Below are positions 14,872 to 28,879 of a stretch of DNA of 64,000 nt, piece by piece. The stretch lies in assembly GCF_009914755.1 (NCBI RefSeq), contig NC_060933.1; one strand, given 5' to 3'. The translations under genes and the position numbers were made by a program. The DNA comes from the human T2T-CHM13v2.0 reference genome, Homo sapiens. The notes beneath the pieces were generated by a model. That model did no database searches, was not told the DNA's origin, and saw only the letters and a list, made by a program, of their open reading frames with translations. The number at the start of each line of letters is the position of its first letter. Positions within the stretch are counted from its first letter, which is position 1.

Positions 14872-15468
14872 AAAATTACTCACATAAAGATAGATGTACT
14901 AATTAATGTAGGAGGAAGAGTTAGATTGTATGTATCTTTAAATGTGATACTACATGCTATAAATTCTTCAATAGAGAAACTGAGTTTCTTTTTTACTGGT
15001 TCAAAATGCCAATATTGAATCCACATTGCCATCATCAATGTGGAGATGAATGTTGAGTGCCCTACTCATTCTTAGAAGAGTTGTAGAACTATCTCAGAAT
15101 TGTCTGGAAGGTTTTCAGTGCCCTTGATAAATGCACGTTTCCCAAACTTTAGGAGGAAACAGAAGCAGGTGTATGGTATGAGCAGGAGAAAAAAAGGAGC
15201 TACAGTTCCAGGGACAGATGTTCTGGGAAATTATATTTTAATACGGAGAAGAATCTTCAAAAGAGAGGAAGATGTGATCCAGTATTAATGTATTCGTCAT
15301 TCTTTGCCAAGAATCAAACATTGCAGTTTTCCTTCGTGCCCTTGCTTATCTGAGCTTTCTGCCTGTTTGTATTTCACTATTTAATGCTTTAACCTGTGGT
15401 TTTAGACCCCGTCTTTCCTTTGCTCCATTATCCTAAAGTAATTTTGTAAATGTTTTGATGTTACCAGA

Positions 15469-15878
15469 TGTGTGAGATGAATTGCTTCCCCACAAAAATT
15501 CATATGTTGAAGTCCTAACCCTCAGACCTCAGAATGTGACTAGATTTGCAGATAGTGTCTTTAAAGATTAGGTGTCATAGGGAGTGGGCACTAATCCAAA
15601 ATGACTGGTGTTCTCATAAGAAAGAAAATCCAGACACAGACATGTACAGAAGGAAGACTTGTGAAGACATAGGGAGAAGATATAGGGACAAGAGGGCCAT
15701 CTACAAGTCAAAGAGAGAGGCCTGAAACAGACCCTTTCCTCACAGCCATCAAAAAAGAACAAACCTTTCTGACACTTTGATCTGATTCCAGCATCCAGAA
15801 CTATAAGAAAGTGAATTTTGTTGTTTACACTGCCAAGTCTCTGGTACTTTTTAACAATAGCCCTAGCAAATTAATGTT
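15469..15878 (+). mobile_element. MLT1B-like MaLR LTR
   Basis: AAAATTCATATGTTGAAGTCCTAACCC, CAGAATGTGAC, CCAGAACTATAAGAAA, ATAGCCCTAGCAAATTAAT. Confidence 0.82.
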
Positions 15879-16654
15879 TCAGATTTTCTGATTTACTAAA
15901 ATTTTCATGCCGTAGATTGCTCAACCTAAGAGGATCCAGTTGTCAAAATTGCCTTAATTTCTGGAAGTGTTGGAGTTAAGTTTAGGAGTCTGGACGTGAT
16001 GAGTGGTTTGGGGAAGAAGGCACAATTCTGCCCCAAGATGGACAAATTCTACATGTCATCTGCTATGTGAACATGATAGTGAAAGGCTGTCCAAGAGACA
16101 GCAAAAATAAACCAGAAGTTTTACCATATGTTCCTATTATACATGAAGAAAAAGTGTCTTCTGCGAGACCCAAAAGGAGCAAATCTTAGAGAGCTTCTAC
16201 TTATTCCCTTTAGTGGGTAATATTGAAATGCACTTCTTCTGAATTTAAAAGAAGGTAAGGTCTTGGAAAATAGTTACTAATTCCAAATAAATTAAAACCT
16301 AAAAGAGTACTTAAAATGAGAAAAACCAGGCCATCCTACATTCTGGTAAGTTGAGAAAAATGGTTGTTTTTGTCTTTTTTGTTTATTATATTTAAAAGCA
16401 ATGTGAGGCCTATAAAAAAAAGAAAAAATATTTGCTTATTAAGTAAATCAGAAGGTCACTGACAATACTCAGTTAAACTAAACATTAGATTGTCACCGTT
16501 AACTACTTCTGTCTCCATCTTTAACATTGTAAGAACATTTACCTTGGAAGTTTTTTGGGAACTCTTACTGGCATTGCTGTATGTTGCTCTATGATTTATA
16601 GAAGGTGAAGCATAGAGCAATTTTGGTAATCTTTTTGTCAATGTCAAAGTCAAC

Positions 16655-16848
16655 AACAGTCCCTAAATTAAGCAAATAAAAACACAGGATACCCAGATAA
16701 ATTTGTATTTTACTTGTATTTATATTTTATGATCGTGTCTTCAGCGTAATTATGTCTCATGCACTATTTGGAGTACACTTACAAAAAGTTATTCCTTGGT
16801 TATGTTTCAAATGTATCTAGGCACTGTAGATGTTATCTGGCAACCCTG
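16655..16848. mobile_element. MER53-like palindromic hAT MITE
   Basis: AACACAGGATACCCAGATAAATTTG at the left; TTATCTGGCAACCCT terminus at the right. Confidence 0.65.
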
Positions 16849-18327
16849 GGTATAACTTCCATTTTGACAGGAACGGTAATAGTCTCTCACTCTTTCTTAC
16901 CAGGGTGCCTCTCTTTTATGTTAGTTGAGATTTTATAGCTTTACATCCAAAACTTAAAAAAATTACTCAGGAAATATTGGAATTTACAAAGCATTATCTC
17001 ACATCAGCAGGATATTAAGTAGTATGTCACATGGCAACCAATGAGGTTGTTGCTATCAACTAATGAAGTGGTTTGGGGTGGAAAACCCTGTACATTTTAA
17101 TGGGCAGTAATATCTCAATTCCCTAGGAAAGTTTGAGGCCAGCCTGGGCAACATAGTGAGACTTAATCTGTGAATGTTTTGTTGACTGAGCAAGCATGGG
17201 GTAAAGTCTGTGCTACCTGCCTGCATTAGTGGACCTTGGCTGGCCCAATTTCTTGATGACTCATTGATGGAAACTTTGGCCCTTCCTGACTTTAACTTTG
17301 CATCTACCCATGATTTTAGGATAATAGCAGGGTGGAAAAACCTCTCAGCGCTGTTATATTATTCAAGGCTACTTTAAACATGTTGAAATGGGTTCTTCAT
17401 TTTTTTATAACCTATAAATATGTGTGTCAAAATAATTTTCCCATGAGAACAATGATAAAAGAGCTTATTGTTTCATTTTCAGGGGACTCTCCCAACTAGC
17501 TGGTTACTTGCCTATTTATAGGTTAACTTATGTAGTTCTCAAGATACATTTAACCTCTGCCACCACTCCTCCCCAACTAGAGTTGTTCTATGTTAAATGT
17601 TAGATTTCAAAGTTAAATTTAAGATTTGAGTAATACACCCTTATATTTATGTTTCTTAACTAACCTCCACGGCTTGGAAAAAATAAAGAGTGGAAAGGTT
17701 GTACACCATTCTGAAATACAACATCCCCACAAATGTACTCCAGAAAAAAAGCTCTATCTTCCAACTCTATTCCATAGTAAAAGTAACTGCTAAATGTTCT
17801 CTCAAACACTGTGTTAGGCTCTTTATAGACACAGGTATAATTCAATCTTCACAACATGTCTATAAGTTAAAAGTTATGATTGTAATTTTACATAAAATGA
17901 AATGAGACTAAGAGAGGATAAAGAGGTTAGAAAGTGGAGGAACCCTTATTTGAAAGCACATTTAACAGAAAAACCATGTTTGTCTGTCTGTCTCAAAAGT
18001 TTGGATTTTTAACTACTTCCTAGTGCTTTTTTTTTTTCTCCTGTATTAGATCCCAGACTTTGCAGGATCCTCTGCCCCAAACCATCAGCAATGATTTATA
18101 GTTGGGGGATTCTCCACTCCTGTTTTCTATCAGGTGGAGCAAAGAGAAAGGTGGTAAAATAGAAAAGAAAGTCTCAATCTCATCAAAATTGATGAAGAAC
18201 ATTTAAATTTCTTAAACTCTTACTCAGAGTAATATGGGGATGTCTGCTGGGTAAGATCTATAAGACCATTAGTACAGTATTAATGGTGAATTTTTTTAGG
18301 TATAACACATGTTAAACGAGCTTTTGG

Positions 18328-18449
18328 TATCAGGTGAGGAATCTACCTTAACTGCTAACATGCAAAGATAAGATCCACACTAAATACAAGTCAATAGTGT
18401 GGACCTTATCTTTGCATGTTAGCAGTTAAGGTAGATTCCTCACCAGATA
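18328..18449. repeat. Inverted repeat: 55-bp arms, 12-nt loop
   Basis: 18328-18382 is the reverse complement of 18395-18449 with 2 mismatches. Confidence 0.97.
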
Positions 18450-18494
18450 ATTTGAAATACAAGTCGATAGTGTGGACCTTATAAATGGGGCGCC

Positions 18495-18803
18495 CCTTTG
18501 TGGAAATGAGAAAGTTATTTTGGCTTTATTCCCTCATTTTCTCAAAAAGTTAAATCAAGACCCCTGTCCTTTGTCCAAACAATCAAATTAACACTAAATT
18601 GAAGTGTTGCATGGCCATCACAGCCACAAGTATGGCCTCACACATACCAGACCAAGAAGATGCCCACATCTGACCATGTCCTGGTTACATGAGGTCAAAA
18701 ATAAAATTGGATTGGTTTTGAATATACATCAATAATTAAAAATATTGCAGGGTACACTCAACAATTTTAGTATTGAATTTTTGTCACATATCTATTTCTG
18801 AAC
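18495..18803 (+). repeat. Dispersed direct duplication, copy A (partner 24154-24463)
   Basis: Manual alignment gives about 20 substitutions and 1 indel in ~310 bp (~93% identity). Confidence 0.95.
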
Positions 18804-18805
18804 TC

Positions 18806-18952
18806 TTTTTAAAAAAAAAATTATTTAATTTTTTATAGAGTTGAGGTCTTGCTATGATGCCCAGGCTGATCTTGAACTCCTAGGCTCAAAAATTTCTCCT
18901 ACTGTGGCCTCCCATGTAGCTGGATCTATAGGAGTGTTAACCACACCCAGCC
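18806..18952 (-). mobile_element. Alu monomer (FLAM-like)
   Basis: AGAGTTGAGGTCTTGCTATGATGCCCAGGCTGATCTTGAACTCC...CCCAGCC; TSD TGAACTCTTT on both sides. Confidence 0.82.
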
Positions 18953-19149
18953 GTGAACTCTTTACAATCCATTCATAAGTTGTAGTCTGTTTGTTTATTT
19001 ATGTAAATTGCTCTTGTTTGTTGCTCTTGTTTATTTATGTAAATTATGCAAGGTTTGGGTGTATGTTCATGAGTGTTCCTGTGTATAGAGGTAAGAAAAG
19101 ACATTATAAATAAATGAAATTCCATGTTTGTAGGTATAAATAAAAGCAA

Positions 19150-19360
19150 AGGAGTTGGAGCCAGACTGAAATCAAGCTATGTCTCAACCACTGATTAGCT
19201 CTGCGATTTTGGGCAAGTTCCTGAGAAACTCTTTGTGCCTTAGCTAAAAGTTCCTCCTTATAACATTGTTGTGGGGAATAAATACAATAAAACATAAAGA
19301 ATAAGTTTAATAGTGCCTGAGAATATAGTAAATGCTCAATAAATATTAGTATTATTGTTG
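19150..19360 (+). mobile_element. MIR SINE
   Basis: TTAGCTCTGCGATTTTGGGCAAGTT core; ATAGTGCCTG...TAAATGCTCAATAAATATTAG tail. Confidence 0.7.
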
Positions 19361-22287
19361 TTGCTGCTCTTCTTGTTGTGTGACCTTATTTTCTGAGAGG
19401 CTTAATAAATGAAAAAGAGATGACCCAGATGTTTGTACCTATGCCCTGTGATGCTGTCTGGTTTTTGAAAAGTGTCCATTATGCTATGAAACCAGGAAAA
19501 TTTGTTACTTATTTGCATATGCACAGCAATTGAGAGACATGCAATCCAACAGACTAGGATTAAAATGCTTAAAAAGAGAATTGTGTCTTCAAAATGAACT
19601 GAAGATAGACTGAGAAGATGCGAACCACTGCCCAGAATATCTTGAAGACACAACCTTTATTAGCTTTCCTCTTTTCTGCTCACATCTTCTGGGAGATTGA
19701 AGAACATTACACTTGCATGCTCTCGGTCATTTTCTAACCCTTATTTAAATAAACTACCTAAGGTTATGTTACAATCTGTTAAAACATATTATTGTTGGAT
19801 TATGAATATTAGGAACTTTGTAACAAAGTGGAAAGTCGAGGTTATATTTGGAGCTTCTAAATTATTGAATCTAGTGAATGATGAAATATAGGCTTCATCA
19901 CTATCTCTTCAAAGATACCTCAAAGAATATTACAGAAAAAAAGTTATAACACAGACAGTGTGATTACTTTTTTACATTAATGAAAACCAAAATCAAGTTG
20001 AAATTCTGCATTAGCACTCAACAGGAATGCATTTTTTGCTAGATCTTTTTAGAGATTATTTCCTAATCATGTGTTACTATAACTAGGTAAATAACAGTAT
20101 TTACTCAAATACAGCTATGTTTATTTTTCTGGGGTGGTACATTGAGCAACAACATATTTTTATCTTGTTTTTGATTACTTAAATATTGTACATCACACCT
20201 TGCTCTTCTCTCTCTGCCCCACCAGTCCCTCATGGCTATTTCATTGAATACTGATGGTGCCTGCAAGTAGCTTACCAGAATGGTTTATTTTCGTATTTTA
20301 TAGATAAATACTAGGCACTGTTATATGAAAACAGAATGCCCAAATCTGGTTTCAATTCCAACATTCCATCTGTTGTTTAAATAGAAAGAAGTGGTCATTG
20401 GTACATCAATCTGTGGCATATTTCAATAAATGTAAAGGAAACATCTTCAGATGGTTGGTTGGATTAGAAATAAGAAGCAGTATGAAGAAGTGATGTCCTT
20501 TTCCATTTCACCCCTAAAAATAGCATAATTCACTTGATTATGTATACCAATCATACTCTCTAAATTGCCTTTTTAAAAAAGATTGTATTTATATGCAGTC
20601 TTATTTATAGTGTATTTTTAAATATTCCAAAATTCTTTTGTTTTTATATGTCAGTTTCTACTATTTATATGCTTTTTATGCTTTAAGAAATTTAAAACAT
20701 CAACCCTAGTGCTTATTATTCTACACAACACTCCAGTCTACAGCTTCATTTAAGTTGGTTAAAATGGAAATATCAGTTCTTAAGCAAACCAGGAAACCAC
20801 CATCCTCATGCATCTTGCTTTCAATTATTTTTTAACGTAACCTTATTATTATGTTTAACTTTCTATTTTGCCTTTGTATTTAGTTTACTCAATCCAATAT
20901 TATGACTTATTTATAAGTATATAATAAATGGTAAATAGAGTGAAAGTTCATGGAATTTTTGCGTTTTATTTTAGAATGCAATATTCACTTAAATGAATTA
21001 CTTCCAAAAATGAATATACACAATGTCTAGACAAGTGCAAATAATACCTTGGCAGAAAGACAATTTACAGAGAAGTTAAATAAAACTCTTAAAATTTTTT
21101 TAAACAACAATAAAGGATTATATTAAGCTAGTCATGTTGCTAAGAATATTGTTATCATTCAATAAATTAATGCTATTCTTTTATTTGTATTATTATGGTT
21201 TGTATAATCACTAGTGTATCAAAAGTGAGGATACCAAGAGAATATTGATAATTTGAAGTATAACTTTCTGATTGAAAATAATTGTAATATCTGAGTGTTG
21301 TCCTTATACTGAAAATGGCACATTAGAGTTTTAAAATATTCTGTGAAAAACAAAATTTAATTAATTTTAAGAAGACAAATTCTTCTATTCTATCACAGAA
21401 AACCACTGCTTCTGAGAAAATAAATACACTAAATACCAAATATTGTCAGCAGCCTGCACTGTACTTTCAAATGAATAGAGTTGAAAGGCCTCAAGGGAAG
21501 TTCTCCTTCAATAAAGTAACTCTTGACCAACAGCCCTTGCCTTGTCCTCAAATGTCTTGTGGATTTTTTTTCATGTAACTATTACAGTTTTTGGTGACCC
21601 TATATGTAAACTCATTCATTTTATAACGTAAATGCAGTTCAATGAATAATATTGGAATCACTGTATTATTGAGACACAAAATGGTAAACACTTTTTGTCT
21701 TTTAAAGAAAATAATGAGAGAATATTCGAATTCTGAAAACTACTTTTTTTGCCATCTCTACTTCTAAAACAAGATTTAGAAAGTTTAGAATAAAATTTGA
21801 CATCGTATGCATTTATTTTATTATTCAAAGATCTTAGTTAAATGACATTATTCGGAGGATAGAACCATGAGTAAGTTAAAGCCTGTATTTACAGAGCTTC
21901 ATATGGATTTAGAAAGCTGAAAAATCCCAATCTTATTTCTTTTTCCTTCCTGTGGTTGGGCTTTTTGCTATTGCTAAGCAGATGAACCAAACAGGCTAGC
22001 AATGTGAGGGGTATTCTCACTTTATAAAAAGGTCTCTTCATTTTACCTACAAATCAACCTCTTGGTCATGTTCATATATTTCTGCCTGCAGTACTGTTGA
22101 GGAATGAGCTTGCCTCTGAGACTTGGGAGAAATGGATAGAACTGCCTGGGAGATCATCATCCTTTGTGTATCACCACTTATTGTGCTCTTCTCAAGAAGA
22201 GCACAGAAGCAGATATTGAATTTGGAATACTATCTATTGAATTTGAAAAGAAAACAATTTGTAGTGAAAAGAGCATTTAGAAAATAG

Positions 22288-22650
<363 letters not shown>

Positions 22651-23759
22651 TAGAAATAGTGAAGTTTCTGGTGCTTTAAAAAAATAATCACAGGAATATA
22701 GTGATTCTACCCATTAGTGTGAGCATAAACCAGCCAGAAGATTGGGTGGCTCGTTTTCCTTGTCTGTATCAAAATGCACAGATGCCCTTCCACTGATGCC
22801 ATAGAACTGACTTCCACAGGCAAATAAAAGTTGACACTTCCTGCCTTTGATTCATTGCAAAAGTGTGACTTTGGGGACTCTTACCATCAGAGCTGAAATA
22901 GGTCACTGTGGCAAGACACTGAAATAAAAAGAATGGATAACAGGAAAAGTCTCTTCTTGTCCCACCATAGCCCATCAACATTTTCTCATTTGCATAAGCA
23001 TAGTAATTTCATAACGAGGAAAGAAGTCTCCATTAAGCCTGACTTTATGTCCTTTCCAATGGCTACTGCCCGCTTGTTTCGGAAAGGGGAGAGTAACTGG
23101 TATCTGCAGAAGACAGTGGAAGACAACACAGTGTTTCCCTGAAGTGGTGGGATCTGAATTTGATAATCCACCTAAGAAGAGTTATTAATTAAATAAAAAA
23201 TAATATTGGGGATACTATGAATAATGATCAGCATTTCACCCTTTCAACATACAATAATATATAAATCCAATAATTGATATATTACTGTATTTAATTCTTA
23301 AATTAACTCTGGTAAAAACAAAACAAAACAAAACAAACAAAAAAAAACAGTAGATTAGCATCCCTCATGCATTTACCTTACACCAACCTTCGGTGAAAAA
23401 TATCTGGTCTTTATTTTTTCTCTTCCTCTCTCTTTGACAGAATTTAAAGTATAGGAAAGTCATACCTTGCATATATGCCCTCTCATATACCAAACTTTCT
23501 GGGTACATTTATATATACCTACTCCTCTACAGAATTGCATATGCAGAAGCACATGCACGCTACTTCACAGACACTTTAAAACATTTTAAAAATCAATTTT
23601 TACTCTATTTACTTCTTATTTTATTTACTCATCTTAGTACTTTCACACGTCATTGTAAGATTCTGATAATGACAGCAGTAGTTTGTCTTGAGTTCAACTG
23701 AAATGTGAAACGCTATCTTAAGAGGTCTACACACAGCTCCCAGCAACTCTTTAAGGTTT

Positions 23760-24070
23760 TCGCTTCTGATATTTGCATTTTACAGATGAAGAAATTAAAG
23801 CAAAGGAGTGTTGAATAATTCTTCTAAGATGACACAGCAGTACATTTTGAAGCTGGAATGCAAACTCAGATAATATTTCTCCTAACATGATGCTCTTGAC
23901 TATTATTTTACTCTACTTCCCTTCCAGTGCTTCTATGTTATTATTATCAACAACTTACAAATGTAGACAACTAGGCTTAGAGAAAGCAAGGGTATTGACT
24001 AAGGTCATAGAGTGAATAGTGGTGAGGCTGAGACTGCACCCAGAGGATATGCTCTTAAACAATACACTGC
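23760..24070 (-). mobile_element. Two MIR fragments
   Basis: CATTTTACAGATGAAGAAATT and ACTTACAAATGTAGACAACTAGGCTTAGAGA...AAGGTCATAG cores. Confidence 0.6.
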
Positions 24071-24153
24071 AATATAAATCCACACGCCTTTTTCTTCATT
24101 ATGGGGCTAGAGTTTCATTCATCCATAGCTACTAAGCTGTATAATATATATTA

Positions 24154-24463
24154 CCTTTGTGGGAATCAGAAAGTTATTTCAGCTTTTATTCCCTCGTTTT
24201 CTCAAAAAGTAAAATCAAAGCCCCTGTCCTTTGTCCAAGCAATCAAATTAACACTAAATTGAAGTGTTGCATGACCATCACAGCCACATGTCTGGCCTCA
24301 CACATACCAGACTAAGAAGATGCCCATTTCTGACCGTGTCCTAGTTACATGAGGTCAAAAATAAAATTGCATTGGTTTTGAATATACATCAATAATTAAA
24401 AATATTGCAGGGTAGACTCAACAATTTTAGTATTGAATTTTTGTTACATATCTATTTCTGAAC
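24154..24463 (+). repeat. Dispersed direct duplication, copy B (partner 18495-18803)
   Basis: Same ~310-bp block, from CCTTTGTGG to ATTTCTGAAC. Confidence 0.95.
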
Positions 24464-27400
24464 AAAATTTAAATCTTTGAGCACTGCTGGAGTTCATTCA
24501 GCACCCCAGAATTGTTTGCAGTCATCTGTGTGTCCCAACAGCCTAGTTCCCTTTGATTCTTTTAGTATCAAACTCTGGACATGTGAAGTTGGGATGAAAG
24601 GCCTTGGCTCCTACAGTGAGGACAAACATCAGTGGTTCACTCTCAGTGTGATGGAACCAGGAAGGAGAAGACAAACTTTGCATTGTGTAAGGCACCCACT
24701 GGAAAGCCATCTTTAATCCCTTTCCTCCACAGAAGGATTTGAATGGAATTGAACTAAACAATTAATAAGTGTCTGGAGATACTGTAAAGGAAGATACTTT
24801 AAGCAACAGATCAGTACTGTCATTATTCAGAATACTGTATATTAGAAGGCTTTACACTGGAGGAGGCCAGTGATGCATTTGAAGCTACCCGTATGTTTTC
24901 TCTTGCTAGGGCTTCCTCTGTCTTGCCATGGCAGGACATGAAAAGTTTCCTAGAGGCTGAATTGAAGGGCAAGAGCAGCCAAGTACAAGGTTCCAAAAAG
25001 ACTGAGCCAAACCTTTCTGTCAAAGTAATTGCATAACACGTTTCTATATTGACCCAATGATTTCAATATAGAATTGAACAATTTCACACTGATAGACTTT
25101 TTTTTTTAAAACCATTAATGGCATAATGAAAATCTGTGCTATATTGAAAAGAGACTGCCACTTTTTGATGAGAGAAAACTGTATAGCCATAAACTCAGTC
25201 ATGAGAAATAAACCTGGGGAAATAAACCTCAGTTGTGGCTAAATGTCATGGTGATTTTAGCTCACTTTCATCAGCTGCTATTTAACTACAGGTAAAATCG
25301 CTTAAGAATGATATCTCTCAATATGGGAAGCCCAAATGTTAAGTGCGATCACTTTGCCCATATCCATAAATATAATGGCACTTTCATGCTTATATATATA
25401 CCCTATGATACTTTATATTATCATGCTATGGGATTGTAAAACTGATTTCACAGCACGTGGCTTATTAAAACTCCGGCCGTCACACAGCATTCCTGTGCAC
25501 TGGATTTTCAATTTTGTTGTCGCTCTTGATTCCCTTTTGCATATGTATTTGCTGGGAAAACCAATTACCAGATGGCACATGGTTATTTTTACATTTTGTA
25601 TGGAGAGCTTCCAGCTGATAATTATGACATTACAGGAAGACTCCTATGCTTTGCATTAAGAATCTTTGGCAGAGGCCGTGATAAGCTTTTCCATTTGACT
25701 CTATACCTCTTGACTGATATATATTTATAAATTATTTGTGGGCAACGTTCACAGATATCAGGGAAGAATTTCCTTTCTTATAAATGGGGTTCCACAAACA
25801 TAACACTCATGGAACAATGAACGGTGTTTTTCATTCCTTCAATCCATCAATAAACTAATATGTATTTTAAAATTTCTGGTTCTAGGTAACTCAGGACAAA
25901 TTGTCATAGCCATCGCATATCAGAAAAGTCACACAGTCCAGTGGTCTATGTGTGACTGAGGCTTTCAGACCTGTCAGGTGGCATCTGTGTTACAGCATCC
26001 AGTCATTTTTTTTATTAGCTCCCTTGCTTTAATGCTTCTGAGGGAGGTTTTAAGAGAGAGGAAGAGCGAAAAGGAGAGACTGAAAGCAAAGGTAATAGTA
26101 CAAAATGACTATAATTACAATTATGTAGTAGTAATAAATCCAGAATTGCAGTGTAACACACCAGAGTAGAGTCAGGCCTTAAAACACATTAGAATTAGAA
26201 TTAATAGGCTATACTTTTGTTAGTATATCAACCCTCAACCCAAAATGCACCTTAGCTCCTGAAAAACACTGGGTTGCGTTCCTGCTATGCTCCCAACTCA
26301 GACACTTCTTTCCAATTACTTTAATTATGTTATTAAAAGCGTAGAATATGTGAAATCTTGTTTCCTTGAATATTATCAATGTTTTCCTTTTGATTCACCT
26401 CAGTTACAGAAAGTACATTTTTCCCCTAAATACATATATTGTTCTTGCTGGTTTTGATTTTTTTTAATTTTTCAATATAAGGGAAGAATGGCTATTAGAT
26501 TACCACCAAATACTGTTTAAATATACCATTTTACATAAATATTGCTCTAATATTAATACATTTAATGTGGGCTGTGAAGAAATGTCTTTGGACAGCTTAA
26601 TTACAATTCAGGAAATTTTGCCAGCTTCTTTCCCAGTTTCAATGATAAAAATAAAATGCTGTGTGGCTGATCTGAGAATTAGTCCCTAGAGAATAAAGGA
26701 AGGACTCAGTAGAAATCTGTGTGCTTCCAGACTGCATTTTCCTACTCAACCCCAATGAACATGAAGCATGCATAATTTGGCACTGCTGTCTCTGTATTTG
26801 CATTTAGCACACATACATTAAGCTAATTAATCATGTTGTGTCCTAACTCCTCCCAACAAATAAATTAACTATTCAGTTAACTGATGATGAAATAGCCAAT
26901 TCTTTAAATGATATCCACACTAAAAATGGTAAGGTAAGCACATACTTATTGACAGTTGATGCTTTTCTGGAATGACCCTCCCCTGCTCAACAGAATTTCT
27001 GCTCAGTGAATACAGCAAAAGAAAAGACATGTGCGGAATAATCTGAATCTGTGAAAACCGATTGTTCATGCTGCTAAAATAGCTATTTCCTGTAAAGAAA
27101 ACACAGTGGTCAATGTATCTTTAGTAAACAATGCTCTTTATTAAGTTGATACAGTTAAAAATTAGAGGCAGATGGAATAATGGAGGAAGGAGTCACAATT
27201 AAATACTTCTTCATAATTTCTGACACTAAAGTAACTTCTAAAGTAATTGCATGTTTTCTGTGGCTTATATAAGTGAAATGTGGTCAGCCTTTACTCTGGC
27301 ACTCATTATGAGTGGCAATGTCTTTAATCCTTGTGCTGTTTCTGACCCTGATTCTGAAGATTAGCATTCTGCAACACTGAGTCACTGGGTTATCCTGGTA

Positions 27401-28474
27401 AGTTGTACAATCATTGACTTCGAGCAGGGTTCTGATCAGTGTAGTACAAGGTTAAGATAATCCTTGCTCTTCGTGACATTTTTCTTCTCTTATTTTCTGT
27501 TAAGGAGACAATCTGATGGCTGTGGAAGATTTTACAAGAGTCGGTGTTTGAAAGTTTTTTCCAAATCCACGTTAATGGAACAAAATAATGGGGAACCAAC
27601 TGAGACTGGGGCCTAATTTAAAGTCACTTTGCCAAATTAAGGCATAGCCTTTCACCCACAGCACTACATCCTAGTGCCATTTGTCTTTTCAGTTAACTTT
27701 ATGGATCCCAGAAACACTAAATATCAAAGCACATAAAAGTAAGCACTTTAAATAAAACCTGGAAGAATCTTAAATTAATACAGCCATTGCAAACTTAGAT
27801 AATACATTTTTTTTCCCCAAATGACAGTGTTCAGAAGATAGGAAAAAGCTCTAGCTGTTTTAAAAGAATGTGTTCTGCATAACAAAGATGATGAAGATGA
27901 AGCAGGTAAGCAATTATCAGTTAGTAAAATGGTTAGAAAATAGAATAACTAACCTGGTGGGTGAAAACTCAGATGAGGATATTAATTCACTATTTAACTG
28001 GACAGACAATTTATAGCTAAAAAAATTATTATGTTTTGATTTTGTAGCTGTTATTGAAATGAAAGTCTTTAAGCTCAAGACAAAAGTAGTGTTTTCCATT
28101 CACATCTCAAAGGTAATATAAAATGAAGTTGCCTTATTTTCCAACCCAAGATAAATTTAGAAGGCCGTTTTTCACAAAAGGAAAAGAATATTGGAAAGGA
28201 GGGAAGATAGAGGAAAGGAAAGTAGGAAGGAAAGAAGATCCTTACAAAGGTGTCTTAAAAGGGAAATAGCTAAATCCTACAAAACTAAAGAAAATGGTAT
28301 ACCGTTGTAAATGAAAAGATGGGAAATAAAGCCAAATGTGGATGTGTAGTACTTTCTTTATGATTTTTACTTTGTTAAGCTTATATCTAGTCTTTTATTA
28401 ATAAGAAACTATTATTTGTCTCTCATTTTTTTCTCCTATTTATCTCTTGAAAGTTCTTGATGAAGCAGTATGAT

Positions 28475-28835
28475 TGTGTCTTATCCTATTCAGGCTGCTA
28501 TAACAAAAGACCACAAACTGGTAATTTATAAACACCAGAAATTTATTTCTCATGGTTTTAGAGTCTGGGAAGTCCAAGATCAAGGTGCTTGGCAGATTCA
28601 GTGTCAGGTGAGGTTCTACCTCCTGGTTCATACATCGTACCTTCTGATCCCCACATGGTAGAAGGGCTTGCAAGGCATCTCTCTGAGGCCTCTTTTATAA
28701 GGGCACTAACCCCATCCATGGGAGCCCCCAAGACCTAATCATCTTCCACTAGGCCTAACCCAGTAATATCATCACCTTTTTGATAAGGCTTTAACGTGAA
28801 CTTTGGGGGAACACAAACATTCAGGGTGTATAGCA
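28475..28835 (-). mobile_element. MLT1A0-like MaLR LTR
   Basis: CAGGCTGCTATAACAAAA, CTGGGAAGTCCAAGATCAAGGTG, TTTTATAAGGGCACTAA, ACACAAACATTCAG. Confidence 0.85.
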
Positions 28836-28879
28836 AGTTCTAAATTTGTGGGAGTTTGAAAGTTTTTTGTGTGTGTGGT

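Noticed and set aside
17131-17163. Isolated ~30-bp Alu-like fragment
   Set aside because: Too short to classify or interpret
25777-25789. 13-bp match CTTATAAATGGGG to the linker before duplication copy A
   Set aside because: Too short to separate from chance in AT-rich DNA, though it could be another templated piece
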